This document shows, piece by piece, positions 37,788-46,537 of a stretch of DNA of 59,184 nucleotides. The DNA lies in contig JAZODG010000016.1 in NCBI GenBank assembly GCA_045596905.1, forward strand, positions 1-59,184. Direction: 5' to 3'. The notes beneath the pieces are model-generated. The model searched no databases and was not told where the DNA came from. It saw only the letters and a program-made list of their open reading frames with translations. The position numbers and the translations under genes are program-made. Source of the DNA: Clostridia bacterium (GTDB lineage: Bacteria > Bacillota > Clostridia > Christensenellales > UBA1242). Every line of letters begins with the position of its first letter. The first letter of the stretch is position 1.

Positions 37788-39863
37788 ATGGATAATTCAA
37801 AAATGAGAGAAATCTTAGAAAGAATGAAGGCTAATCGCCCAAAATTTCCAAAGAGAGCAGTTGTTACTGGGGGTATGCCTTATGGCAATAAAGAGCTTCA
37901 TTATGGTCACGTTTGTGGTATGATGGTGTATGCTGACTTTTTTGCTAGATTCTTGAAAGATAAGCTTGGAAAAGAAAATGTTATCTTTGTTTCAGGAACC
38001 GATTGTTATGGCTCACCATCACTTGAAACATATAGAAAATGGACGCAAAATGGCTATGCTGGAACCATTGAAGATATGGTTAAAGAGTTTAATCAAAAGC
38101 ATATAAACACAATTAAAGACTATGAAATTGGTTTTGACTGGTTTGAAGGTTCTGCTATTGGTGAATCAAAAGAGATGCATAAAAAGGTTAGTGAAGAAGT
38201 TTTTGAAATGCTTTATAAAAATGGAACATTATCAAAGCTTTCAACATATCAATTTTATGATTCAAAACTTAACACATTTTTAAATGGTAGACAGGTTGTT
38301 GGGAAGTGTCCAATTGATGGTTGTAAGAGTGAAAAAGGATATGCTGATGAATGCGACCTTGGACATCAATATTTGCCAGAACAATTGATTGACCCAGTGT
38401 CAACACTTTCAGGAACAAAGCCAGAACTTAAAAAGATTGAAAACTGGTATTTCAATTTGCAAAACTACACAGACCTTTTGAAAGAATGGATTGATAAGCT
38501 TGATAAAGAAACACCAACAAGAGATTTCGTTTTGAAAGAAATCAAAGAGTTTTTGAAAAAGCCTGAAATCTATATTAAAAAAGATTATATGGAAGCGTTT
38601 GAAAAAATTGAAAATGAACTTCCACATTTTGAAAAGGTTGAAGATAAGAGCAAGGCAAGTTTTGTTATTATTTTTGATAGTTTAGCAGATAGAGAAAAAG
38701 CTTGTGAAATATTGTCAGGCAAAGGAACACCAGAGTGGGAAAAGAGTGAAGTGGCTCCAGAAGATAAAGTGGAAGCAACAACAACTGGTGCAATAAGATA
38801 TAGAACAGGAAAAACTCTTGTTCCATTCAGACTTTCAGGTAATATTTCATGGGGTGTGCCAGTTCCAGAAAAAGAAGGTCTTGATGGACTCACATTCTAT
38901 TGTTGGCCAGAATCTCTCTGGGCGCCAATTTCATTTACAAGAACATATTTAAAACATTATGGTTATGATGATGAAGAATGGAAAAAATACTGGTGCAGTA
39001 AAGATGCAAAAGTTTACCAAGTTCTTGGTGAAGATAATATTTATTTCTATGGTCCTGCGCAACATGCAATGTGGCTTGCAACTCAAAAAGGTGAGCCAAC
39101 AGTTGATGTTCCAGAAGGTGATTTGCAAATCAGTCAACTCATAGTTAACAAACATTCATTGTTTATGGGTAACAAGGCAAGTTCATCAGGTAGCATTAAG
39201 CCACCAATGGCAGATGAACTTTTGAATCATTATACACATGAACAACTACGTGCACACTTCTTGGCACTTAGTGTTGGAAATACATCATCATCATTTAATC
39301 CAAAAGTTTATAATCCAGATGCTGATCCAAATGAAGTTGATCCAGTTGTTAAAGATGGAAACCTTTTAACAAATGTTTATAACAGAGCACTTCGTACAAT
39401 TTTCTATACATGGCAAAAGGACTTTGATGGAGTTGTTCCATATGGTGAAGTTGCAGAAGAAATTTTAAACGAATGTGAAATGTCAATTTTGAAGTTTGAA
39501 AAATGTATGATGGAAAACAAGTTCCATATGTGTATGTATGAACTTGATAGTTTCCTTAGAAACATTAACAAATATTGGACAAAGAATTTTGTTCAAGATG
39601 ACAAAGAGAAAGAAAAAGAGTGTATTGTTAACACTCTTCACTACATTAAAGTTGCTATGGTTATGCTCCACTCAGTTGCTCCAAAAGGTATTGAAAACTT
39701 GGCTGAATATCTTGGTGTTGATGAGTCAATTTTTAACTGGGATAGATGCAATGAAGTTATCTATAACTGGTTTGAATCAAAAGAAAATCATAAACCAAAA
39801 TTTATTGAAGCTAAATTTGACTTTTTTAAAAAGCACCCAAGTCAATTTGAAAATAATGATTAA
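37788..39863 (+). CDS. MetRS-fold class I aminoacyl-tRNA synthetase paralogue (specificity uncertain)
   Basis: PYGN..LHYGH (HIGH), Zn knuckle CPIDGC...EC, WGVPVP, KASSS (KMSKS-like), helical anticodon domain; Met-pocket residues altered. Confidence 0.85.
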   Translation: MDNSKMREILERMKANRPKFPKRAVVTGGMPYGNKELHYGHVCGMMVYADFFARFLKDKLGKENVIFVSGTDCYGSPSLETYRKWTQNGYAGTIEDMVKEFNQKHINTIKDYEIGFDWFEGSAIGESKEMHKKVSEEVFEMLYKNGTLSKLSTYQFYDSKLNTFLNGRQVVGKCPIDGCKSEKGYADECDLGHQYLPEQLIDPVSTLSGTKPELKKIENWYFNLQNYTDLLKEWIDKLDKETPTRDFVLKEIKEFLKKPEIYIKKDYMEAFEKIENELPHFEKVEDKSKASFVIIFDSLADREKACEILSGKGTPEWEKSEVAPEDKVEATTTGAIRYRTGKTLVPFRLSGNISWGVPVPEKEGLDGLTFYCWPESLWAPISFTRTYLKHYGYDDEEWKKYWCSKDAKVYQVLGEDNIYFYGPAQHAMWLATQKGEPTVDVPEGDLQISQLIVNKHSLFMGNKASSSGSIKPPMADELLNHYTHEQLRAHFLALSVGNTSSSFNPKVYNPDADPNEVDPVVKDGNLLTNVYNRALRTIFYTWQKDFDGVVPYGEVAEEILNECEMSILKFEKCMMENKFHMCMYELDSFLRNINKYWTKNFVQDDKEKEKECIVNTLHYIKVAMVMLHSVAPKGIENLAEYLGVDESIFNWDRCNEVIYNWFESKENHKPKFIEAKFDFFKKHPSQFENND

Positions 39864-39899
39864 AAAATCGCAATTTTGCGATTTTTTTTGTGAAAAAGA

Positions 39900-40421
39900 T
39901 TAAAAATTCAGCAAAACAATGCCTAAATTGAGATAAAGAGCATAAATTAGCCATAGTGTATAAACATTAAAAATTATGCCTGCTGGAAGGTTTGTGATAA
40001 AATATCGATACATGACAACACAAGCTGAAGCCACCACAAATAGCAACCAAATACATGATACAATTGGCAAGTCTAATCTAAAGAAAAAGAGTGGCCACAA
40101 AACATTAAAGAACATGTGGATAAAATATAAAATCAGGTTTAGTTTTCTTGCGTCAGATTTTATTTCTTTGTCACGCCACATCAAAAATGTTGATACACCA
40201 ATAGCCACGTATATTATTGACCAACAAATTGGAAAGACAATTTTTGGTGCTGTTGCAGGTGGCATTTTGTAGTTTTGAAAGTTGAACATTTTGCCACCAA
40301 GCAAGGTTGCAAGACCACCAAGAAGAAGTGTTCCACCAATAAACAGCAGGGCATCAATCCACCACTTGTGTCGTATGAAAATGTTATCTTGTTTTTTTGA
40401 AATATTTGTTTTTGTTGTCAT
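39900..40421 (-). CDS. tspO: TspO/MBR family protein
   Basis: PP..P...FPICWSIIY, N.LWP.FFF, Y.LW..YA.YLN. Confidence 0.9.
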   Translation of the reverse strand: MTTKTNISKKQDNIFIRHKWWIDALLFIGGTLLLGGLATLLGGKMFNFQNYKMPPATAPKIVFPICWSIIYVAIGVSTFLMWRDKEIKSDARKLNLILYFIHMFFNVLWPLFFFRLDLPIVSCIWLLFVVASACVVMYRYFITNLPAGIIFNVYTLWLIYALYLNLGIVLLNF

Positions 40422-40546
40422 GATATTCTCCTAAATAATTATTATCCTCTAAAAATTTTATTATACCTTTTATTTAGGTTAATTCATTGACAAAAATTAA
40501 GTATATCATTTATAATAGTGACGAAAATATTTAAAGAGGATTTGAA

Positions 40547-42118
40547 ATGATTAATGTTAATAATGTAAGACTACAATTTGGTGGTCGTGTTCTTTTTGAA
40601 GACGTTAACCTTAAGTTTGAAGAAGGAAATTGTTATGGTATTATCGGTGCAAACGGTGCAGGTAAGTCAACATTCTTAAAACTTATTACAAAACAAATTG
40701 AACCAAGCTCAGGTGATATTGTTATTGATAAAGGTAAACGTTTGAGTTTCTTGGTGCAAGACCAAAAGGCTTGGGACGACTATACTGTTTTATCAACTGT
40801 TATGCATGGTCACGAAAGACTTATGAATATCATGGAAGAAAAAGATGCGCTTTATGCAAAAGCAAACTTTACTGAAGCTGATGGTATTCGTGCAGGTGAA
40901 CTTGAAAATGAGTTTTGGGAACTCAATGGTTATGAAGCTGAAAGTGAAGCTCAAAACCTTTTAAACGAACTTGGTATTGGTGAAGAATTTTTCACTGTTA
41001 TGATGAGAGATGTTGACCCTAAAATTAAGGTTAAGGTTCTTTTGGCAAAGGCTCTTTTCATGAATCCAGACATTTTGATTCTTGACGAACCTACAAATAA
41101 CCTTGACGCAAAAACTGTTAACTGGCTTGAAAACTTCTTGATTGAGTTTGAAAACATGGTTATCGTTGTTTCACACAACAGATATTTCTTAAACAAAATT
41201 TGTACACATATTTGTGACATTGACTTTGGAAAGATTGAAATGTTTGTTGGTAACTATGACTTCTGGTATGAAACCAGTCAGCTCCTTCAAAGACAAGCTA
41301 AAGAACAAAACAAAAGAGCAGAACAAAGAGCAAAAGAACTTAAAGAGTTTATTGCTAGATTTGCTGCAAATGCTTCAAAGAGCAAACAAGCAACAAGCAG
41401 AAAGAAAGAACTTGAAAAACTTGAGTTTGTTGACATGAAGCCAAGCTCTAGAAAATATCCTTATGTTGATTTCAAACCAAACAGAGAAGTTGGAAATGAA
41501 ATTTTGAGAGTTGACAAACTTACAAAAAATGGATTCTTTAACGATATTTCATTTACTGTGAACAAAGGCGATAAGATTGCATTTATTTGTCAAAACGCAA
41601 ATGTTATTACAATGTTGTTTAAAATATTGATGGGCGAAGATTCTGCTGATAGTGGTACATTTGAATGGGGTTCAACTGTTACAACAGGATATCTTCCTGA
41701 AAACAATGACGCATATTTCAAAGATTGTGGTGTGTCACTTGTTGATTGGCTTGCACAATATTCAGAAGATAAAGACCAAACATTCCTTCGTAGCTGGCTT
41801 GGAAGAATGCTTTTCTCAGGTGAAGAAGCTAAAAAGAAAGCAAACTGTATTTCAGGTGGTGAAAAGGTTAGATGTATGCTTGCTAGAGCTATGCTTTCAG
41901 GTGCAAACGTTCTTATTTTTGATGAACCAACAAACCATCTTGACCTTGAAAGTATAACAAGTCTTAACAAGGGTATGATTAACTATAAGTCTCCAATCTT
42001 GTTTACTAGCCAAGACCACGAACTTTTGCAAACTGTTGCGAATAGAATTATTGAAATTGACAAAACTATAATTTATGACAAATCTATTACATATAACAAT
42101 TATTTAGGTTTAGATTAA
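40547..42118 (+). CDS. ABC-F ribosome-associated ATPase (YbiT/YkpA-like)
   Basis: Two NBDs (GANGAGKST, LDEPTNNLD, SGGEKVRCML, DEPTNHLD), linker ANASKSKQATSR, no TM segments. Confidence 0.93.
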   Translation: MINVNNVRLQFGGRVLFEDVNLKFEEGNCYGIIGANGAGKSTFLKLITKQIEPSSGDIVIDKGKRLSFLVQDQKAWDDYTVLSTVMHGHERLMNIMEEKDALYAKANFTEADGIRAGELENEFWELNGYEAESEAQNLLNELGIGEEFFTVMMRDVDPKIKVKVLLAKALFMNPDILILDEPTNNLDAKTVNWLENFLIEFENMVIVVSHNRYFLNKICTHICDIDFGKIEMFVGNYDFWYETSQLLQRQAKEQNKRAEQRAKELKEFIARFAANASKSKQATSRKKELEKLEFVDMKPSSRKYPYVDFKPNREVGNEILRVDKLTKNGFFNDISFTVNKGDKIAFICQNANVITMLFKILMGEDSADSGTFEWGSTVTTGYLPENNDAYFKDCGVSLVDWLAQYSEDKDQTFLRSWLGRMLFSGEEAKKKANCISGGEKVRCMLARAMLSGANVLIFDEPTNHLDLESITSLNKGMINYKSPILFTSQDHELLQTVANRIIEIDKTIIYDKSITYNNYLGLD

Positions 42119-42186
42119 AAATCATTTTGATGAAAAGGGGTTTTTGCCCCTTTTCAAAAAAAATGTAAAAAAATAAAAATTTTTTG

Positions 42187-42215
42187 TTGACAAACCAGCC
42201 AAACTAGTGTATATT
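42187..42215 (+). promoter_or_regulatory. Sigma-A promoter of the tRNA cluster
   Basis: TTGACA-N17-TATATT with an upstream A/T-rich UP element. Confidence 0.75.
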
Positions 42216-42245
42216 AGTGTCGTTAGTTTGATGCAACCAACGTAG

Positions 42246-42322
42246 CGGGGTATAGCGCAGTTTGGTAGCGCGCGCGGTTTGGGTCCGTGAGGTCGTGAGT
42301 TCGAGTCTCGCTACCCCGACCA
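42246..42322 (+). tRNA. tRNA-Pro (TGG)
   Basis: Cloverleaf, loop TT-TGG-GT, CCA encoded. Confidence 0.95.
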
Positions 42323-42342
42323 TAGTTGCAATCAAAATAATT

Positions 42343-42419
42343 GGGCCTTTAGCTCAGTTGGTTAGAGCGACCGGCTCATAACCGGTTGGTCCGCGGTTCA
42401 AGTCCGTGAAGGCCCACCA
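42343..42419 (+). tRNA. tRNA-Ile2 (CAT, lysidine type)
   Basis: CAT anticodon with GGGCCTT acceptor typical of Ile2 rather than Met or fMet. Confidence 0.8.
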
Positions 42420-42440
42420 AACATTTTAATAAGCCTATTT

Positions 42441-42517
42441 GGCCCGGTAGCTCAGTTGGTTAGAGCGCCAGCCTGTCACGCTGGAGGTCGACGGTTCGAG
42501 CCCGTTTCGGGTCGCCA
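42441..42517 (+). tRNA. tRNA-Asp (GTC)
   Basis: Loop CT-GTC-AC, GCCA end. Confidence 0.95.
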
Positions 42518-42554
42518 TATTGTTTTCACTTATTTCAATGAAAAAAATAAGTAT

Positions 42555-42630
42555 GCCTCGGTAGCTCAGTCGGTAGAGCATGAGACTGAAAATCTCAGTG
42601 TCGGTGGTTCGATTCCGCCCCGCGGCACCA
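42555..42630 (+). tRNA. tRNA-Phe (GAA)
   Basis: Loop CT-GAA-AA, ACCA end. Confidence 0.95.
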
Positions 42631-42634
42631 AGAT

Positions 42635-42709
42635 GCTGGTGTGGCTCAATGGTAGAGCAGCTGATTTGTAATCAGCCGGTTGTTGGTTCGATTCCGACCA
42701 CCAGCTCCA
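42635..42709 (+). tRNA. tRNA-Thr (TGT)
   Basis: Loop TT-TGT-AA, TCCA end. Confidence 0.95.
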
Positions 42710-42771
42710 TAATGTTACTTTTAAGCAAGTGAGAAATCACTTGCTTAAAAAAAACATAAAAATCTTAATAT

Positions 42772-42857
42772 GGGAGGATTGCAGAGCGGCCAAATGCAAC
42801 GGACTGTAAATCCGTCGTCTTTCGACTTCAGTGGTTCGAATCCACTTCCTCCCACCA
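42772..42857 (+). tRNA. tRNA-Tyr (GTA)
   Basis: Loop CT-GTA-AA, long variable arm, ACCA end. Confidence 0.95.
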
Positions 42858-42886
42858 AAAAGACCATAGCAATATGGTCTTTTTTA
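42858..42886 (+). terminator. Terminator after the tRNA cluster
   Basis: AAAAGACCATA-GCAA-TATGGTCTTTTTT. Confidence 0.85.
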
Positions 42887-43028
42887 TTGTTTTTTATTTT
42901 ATAAGATGTATTTTAACCTGCGTACTAGCAGGTTATTTTTTTAATAAATATTTATAAAATATTTATTTTATGGGGTGATTGTTTGACCTTGGTGAAATAA
43001 TTGATTAAAATTGATATAAGAGGACTTT

Positions 43029-43496
43029 ATGAATAGAATTTATTGTGCTATTGGCAAGATTGTTGAAGTGACTCAATTTATTGAAGTTAAACTTGGTGAC
43101 ATTTGTGAAAAAAGCGAAATCATTAAAGAGTTTGCTAGACATGTGAAAATGACTAAGGAAGATTATGCTCAGATTGAAAATGATGCCAGTTATATAAAAG
43201 ACAAAATGACAACTATGACATTTGGTGCTCTTATTGGTGTTATTTATGAGTCAAAGAGTTTGAGTTATGACGAAATCACAGAACTTAAAACACTCTTAGA
43301 GAAAAGAAACTATTTTACTCATGAGTACTTCAAATACACTTCATTTGAAAATGCAAAAGAAGATGAAATTGTTGAAGAGTTTGAAGCTTTGAAAGAGTAT
43401 TTATCAAAACTTAAAAGGTTTTTAAACAGACTTGAAATTATTTATGCAGGTCAGACAGAAAGACTTGATTATTTGATTGCTAAGAATAATTTATAG
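43029..43496 (+). CDS. Hypothetical helical protein
   Basis: GAGGA RBS; contains 'TFGALI...KRNYFTHEYF' (RNxxxH, HEPN-like spacing). Confidence 0.65.
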   Translation: MNRIYCAIGKIVEVTQFIEVKLGDICEKSEIIKEFARHVKMTKEDYAQIENDASYIKDKMTTMTFGALIGVIYESKSLSYDEITELKTLLEKRNYFTHEYFKYTSFENAKEDEIVEEFEALKEYLSKLKRFLNRLEIIYAGQTERLDYLIAKNNL

Positions 43497-43506
43497 GGGA
43501 ATGATT

Positions 43507-43869
43507 ATGGCAAAGGTTGACGTGTCTTTGGTTGATAAGTTTAAAAAACTTGAAACTGAGATTCTTGATATTTTGAAGGAAAATAATATTGATTTTGATG
43601 AGTCTGTTAATGATAAGACTCTCAAGGCTATGCTTAAAAAATATATTTCAAATGTTAGAAAGGTTGAAAAACTCTTTGAAGAATATGAAGAAGTTGCACA
43701 AAAGATTGAAGATCTTTCAGCTGATTCAAAACAAAAGGCAGCAGTTGATGAAGCTGTTGTTAATTTGAGAGAAGACGCTGTGCAAGAAACTGTTGAAGTT
43801 GAACATGTGGGCAATAAGATTATTGTTAAGAGAAAAAAGAAAGTTAATGGTGTTGAAAGACAAATTTAA
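43507..43869 (+). CDS. Hypothetical coiled-coil protein
   Basis: AGGGGA RBS, charged helical sequence. Confidence 0.65.
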   Translation: MAKVDVSLVDKFKKLETEILDILKENNIDFDESVNDKTLKAMLKKYISNVRKVEKLFEEYEEVAQKIEDLSADSKQKAAVDEAVVNLREDAVQETVEVEHVGNKIIVKRKKKVNGVERQI

Positions 43870-43925
43870 AATTTGTTTGTAATTTTAGCACACTGTGTGC
43901 TATACTTTAAAAGGAAGGCGAAAGA

Positions 43926-44732
43926 ATGGAGTATACCGTTGAGCAGTTAGATGAAAAACTGAATAGACTTATTGCAATCTTATGCGAAGACGAAGAAATT
44001 GATATTAATAAATTCAAGCTTGATGAAATGGATATTGGAACAAAAAGAATCATCTTTAGGGGATTATCGAACCAAAGACAACCAAGTCCACTTTCTTCTG
44101 AATTTATGCGACTTCAAGATGAGATTTTATCTTTTGAGAGAGACCATAAGATTATTGTTGATGTAAACAAACTTGCATATACAAACAATATGTCAATTTT
44201 TATGGGTGATATCACAACACTTCGTGCTGATGCTATTGTTAATGCTGCAAACCCAAGAATGCTTGGAAGTTTTGACCCTTGTGATTCATCAATTGACAAC
44301 GTTATCATGTCGGCAGGTGGGCTTCAAATTAGACAAGAGCTTAATTATCTAATGTCAAAACAAGGTCATCAAGAACCAAACGGAAGAGCAAAGTTAACAA
44401 AAGGCTATAACCTTCCAGCAAACTACATCATTCATACTGTTGGACCAATAATCTTTGATAGGGTTTCATATCATGATAAAATTGACCTTGCAAACTGCTA
44501 TAAGTCATGTTTGGAACTTGCTGTTCAAAATGGGTTTAAAAATATTGTTTTTTGTTGTATTGCAACAGGAACATTTAAGTTTCCAAGAGATTTGGGCTCA
44601 AAGATAGCAGTTACAACTGTTTCTAATTGGCTAAAAGAAAACAATTATCCAATTAAGGTTGTATTTTGTGTATACAATGACCACGACAGAAAACTTTATG
44701 AAGAGAAGTTTAAAGAACTAAATTTAATTTAA
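43926..44732 (+). CDS. Macrodomain protein (protein-ADP-ribose hydrolase type)
   Basis: GDITTL.ADAIVNAAN, GYNLPA..IIHTVGP, FCCIATG.F.FP. Confidence 0.9.
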   Translation: MEYTVEQLDEKLNRLIAILCEDEEIDINKFKLDEMDIGTKRIIFRGLSNQRQPSPLSSEFMRLQDEILSFERDHKIIVDVNKLAYTNNMSIFMGDITTLRADAIVNAANPRMLGSFDPCDSSIDNVIMSAGGLQIRQELNYLMSKQGHQEPNGRAKLTKGYNLPANYIIHTVGPIIFDRVSYHDKIDLANCYKSCLELAVQNGFKNIVFCCIATGTFKFPRDLGSKIAVTTVSNWLKENNYPIKVVFCVYNDHDRKLYEEKFKELNLI

Positions 44733-44746
44733 AGGATGGGATAATC

Positions 44747-45604
44747 ATGAGCGTATTTTTTACTGATACCGATTGCGAAATGCATTATACAGACGCTGAA
44801 AACCTTGGGATGCAGATTATCAAAATGCCTTATATCTTGAAAGGTGAAGAATCATATTACGACTTCGGAAAAGCTTCAGATATTGAGTCGTTTTATAAAG
44901 ACATGAGAGCTGGTGAAGTTGTTTCAACTGCAGCGCTCAACACAAATGATTATATAAACTATTTTGAGCCAGTGCTTGCTTCTGGTGAAGATATTTTGTA
45001 TGTGCATTTTTCTTCTAATTTGTCATGCACATTCAATTCAATGGATGAAGCTATTAAGATTTTAAAAGAAAAATATCCAGATAGAAAAGTGACAACTTTC
45101 GACACAAAAAATATTAGTCTTGGTGCTGGTATTCAAGCAATTGAAGCTTGTAAACTTCATAATGCTGGCGCAAGTGATGAAGAAGTTGTGGAATTTTTGA
45201 CAGCTTTCAGAGAAAAAATTGGTATTTATTTTTATGTTGAAAGTTTGAAGTATTTAAGAAGAGGTGGCAGAGTTTCTGCAGCTTCAGCTGTTATGGGAAC
45301 ACTTTTGAATATCAAGCCAATTTTGACAGTTGATAATGAAGGAAAGCTTGGTAAACTTGCAACTGTGAAGGGTAGCAAAAAGGCTATTGACTTTTTGTAT
45401 GAAAGATTTGATAAAGAATATTTGAATGATGAAAAGTATGAACTTTTCATTGTTGACGCATCAAATAAAACTGAAGGTGATAGACTTGCAGAGAAAATCA
45501 GAACTTCAGGAAAAAATGTGTCAATCAGAAGACTTGACGTGGGTCCAGTCATTGGTGCACACGCCGGTCCTGGAACTGTTGGTTTAATATTTGTAAAAGC
45601 TTAA
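44747..45604 (+). CDS. DegV/FakB fatty acid-binding protein
   Basis: FTDT.C, SS.LS.T, L.YLRRGGR, IGAHAGPG. Confidence 0.93.
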   Translation: MSVFFTDTDCEMHYTDAENLGMQIIKMPYILKGEESYYDFGKASDIESFYKDMRAGEVVSTAALNTNDYINYFEPVLASGEDILYVHFSSNLSCTFNSMDEAIKILKEKYPDRKVTTFDTKNISLGAGIQAIEACKLHNAGASDEEVVEFLTAFREKIGIYFYVESLKYLRRGGRVSAASAVMGTLLNIKPILTVDNEGKLGKLATVKGSKKAIDFLYERFDKEYLNDEKYELFIVDASNKTEGDRLAEKIRTSGKNVSIRRLDVGPVIGAHAGPGTVGLIFVKA

Positions 45605-45718
45605 AAAAGGGGGATTTTTGCCCCTTTTTCTATTGCTATTTTGTTGACTTAAAAACATGATTTATTGTATTATTATTAATGTTATCACAATTTTTTTAGA
45701 GAGATTTTGGGGGGCTAA

Positions 45719-46180
45719 ATGGCTAACATTTCAGATACAATAGAACAGTTTATTATGGCGACTCTTGGTGACAATGAGTCTATAGATATTTCAAGAAATT
45801 CACTTGCAGAATACTTTGCTTGTGTGCCAAGTCAAATCAACTATGTGTTGGATACTAGATTCACAGTTGATAGGGGTTTTTTGGTTGAAAGCAAAAGGGG
45901 TGGAAGTGGTTTTATAAAAATAACTAAAATCAAAACACAAAATGAGAATGAATACTTAAATAGCTTGGTTTTAGAGAGTGTTGGAGACGAACTTAATTTA
46001 AGAAGAATGACTCAAATTTTAGACAGACTTGAAAGCAGCGAAATCGTTTCAAACAAAGAAAGAATTTTGATTGAGTCAGCTCTTTCAGAAGACTCTTTAA
46101 TGATGCCATTTACAATTCGTGATAGAATCAGAGCCCAAGCTTTTAAAAACGTATTACTCAGACTTATGGTTAATAACTAA
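45719..46180 (+). CDS. ctsR: Heat-shock repressor CtsR
   Basis: NISD.IE, CVPSQINYVL.TRF, ESKRGGSG. Confidence 0.95.
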   Translation: MANISDTIEQFIMATLGDNESIDISRNSLAEYFACVPSQINYVLDTRFTVDRGFLVESKRGGSGFIKITKIKTQNENEYLNSLVLESVGDELNLRRMTQILDRLESSEIVSNKERILIESALSEDSLMMPFTIRDRIRAQAFKNVLLRLMVNN

Positions 46181-46192
46181 TGGAGAAATAAG

Positions 46193-46537
46193 ATGTTTGA
46201 ATTTGGTGCAAATATTAATAATTTTTCAAATGAAACAGTTGATGAAAAATTCTGCGACAAATGTAGTTCGTCACTTTCTGAAGTTTTGGAGAGTGGTGTT
46301 GTTGGTTGCAGTCATTGTTATGTTGCATTCGAAAATGAGATTAAGAGCTTGATTTTAAACAAACAAGGCAACTTTAATCATGTTGGAAAACTTGCACTCA
46401 AAAGAACATCTAAACTCAAGATTGAAGAAGAGATTAAAAATCTTGAGTCACAAAAGCAAAAAGCAGTTGAAGAAGAAAATTTTATTGTTGCTGAGTCACT
46501 TAAAAATCAAATAGAAAAATTGAAAGGTAGGTTGTAA
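46193..46537 (+). CDS. mcsA: McsA (N-terminally shortened)
   Basis: CDKC...GCSHCY..F, H.GK, C-terminal UVR motif (AVEEENF..A). Confidence 0.85.
   Translation: MFEFGANINNFSNETVDEKFCDKCSSSLSEVLESGVVGCSHCYVAFENEIKSLILNKQGNFNHVGKLALKRTSKLKIEEEIKNLESQKQKAVEEENFIVAESLKNQIEKLKGRL

Noticed and set aside
42456-42671. 71-aa ORF from the ORF track
   Set aside because: It overlaps the tRNA-Asp, Phe and Thr genes; spurious.
34760-43900. Possible integrated element at the tRNA genes
   Set aside because: No integrase, no duplicated tRNA 3' end seen, and housekeeping genes are interspersed.
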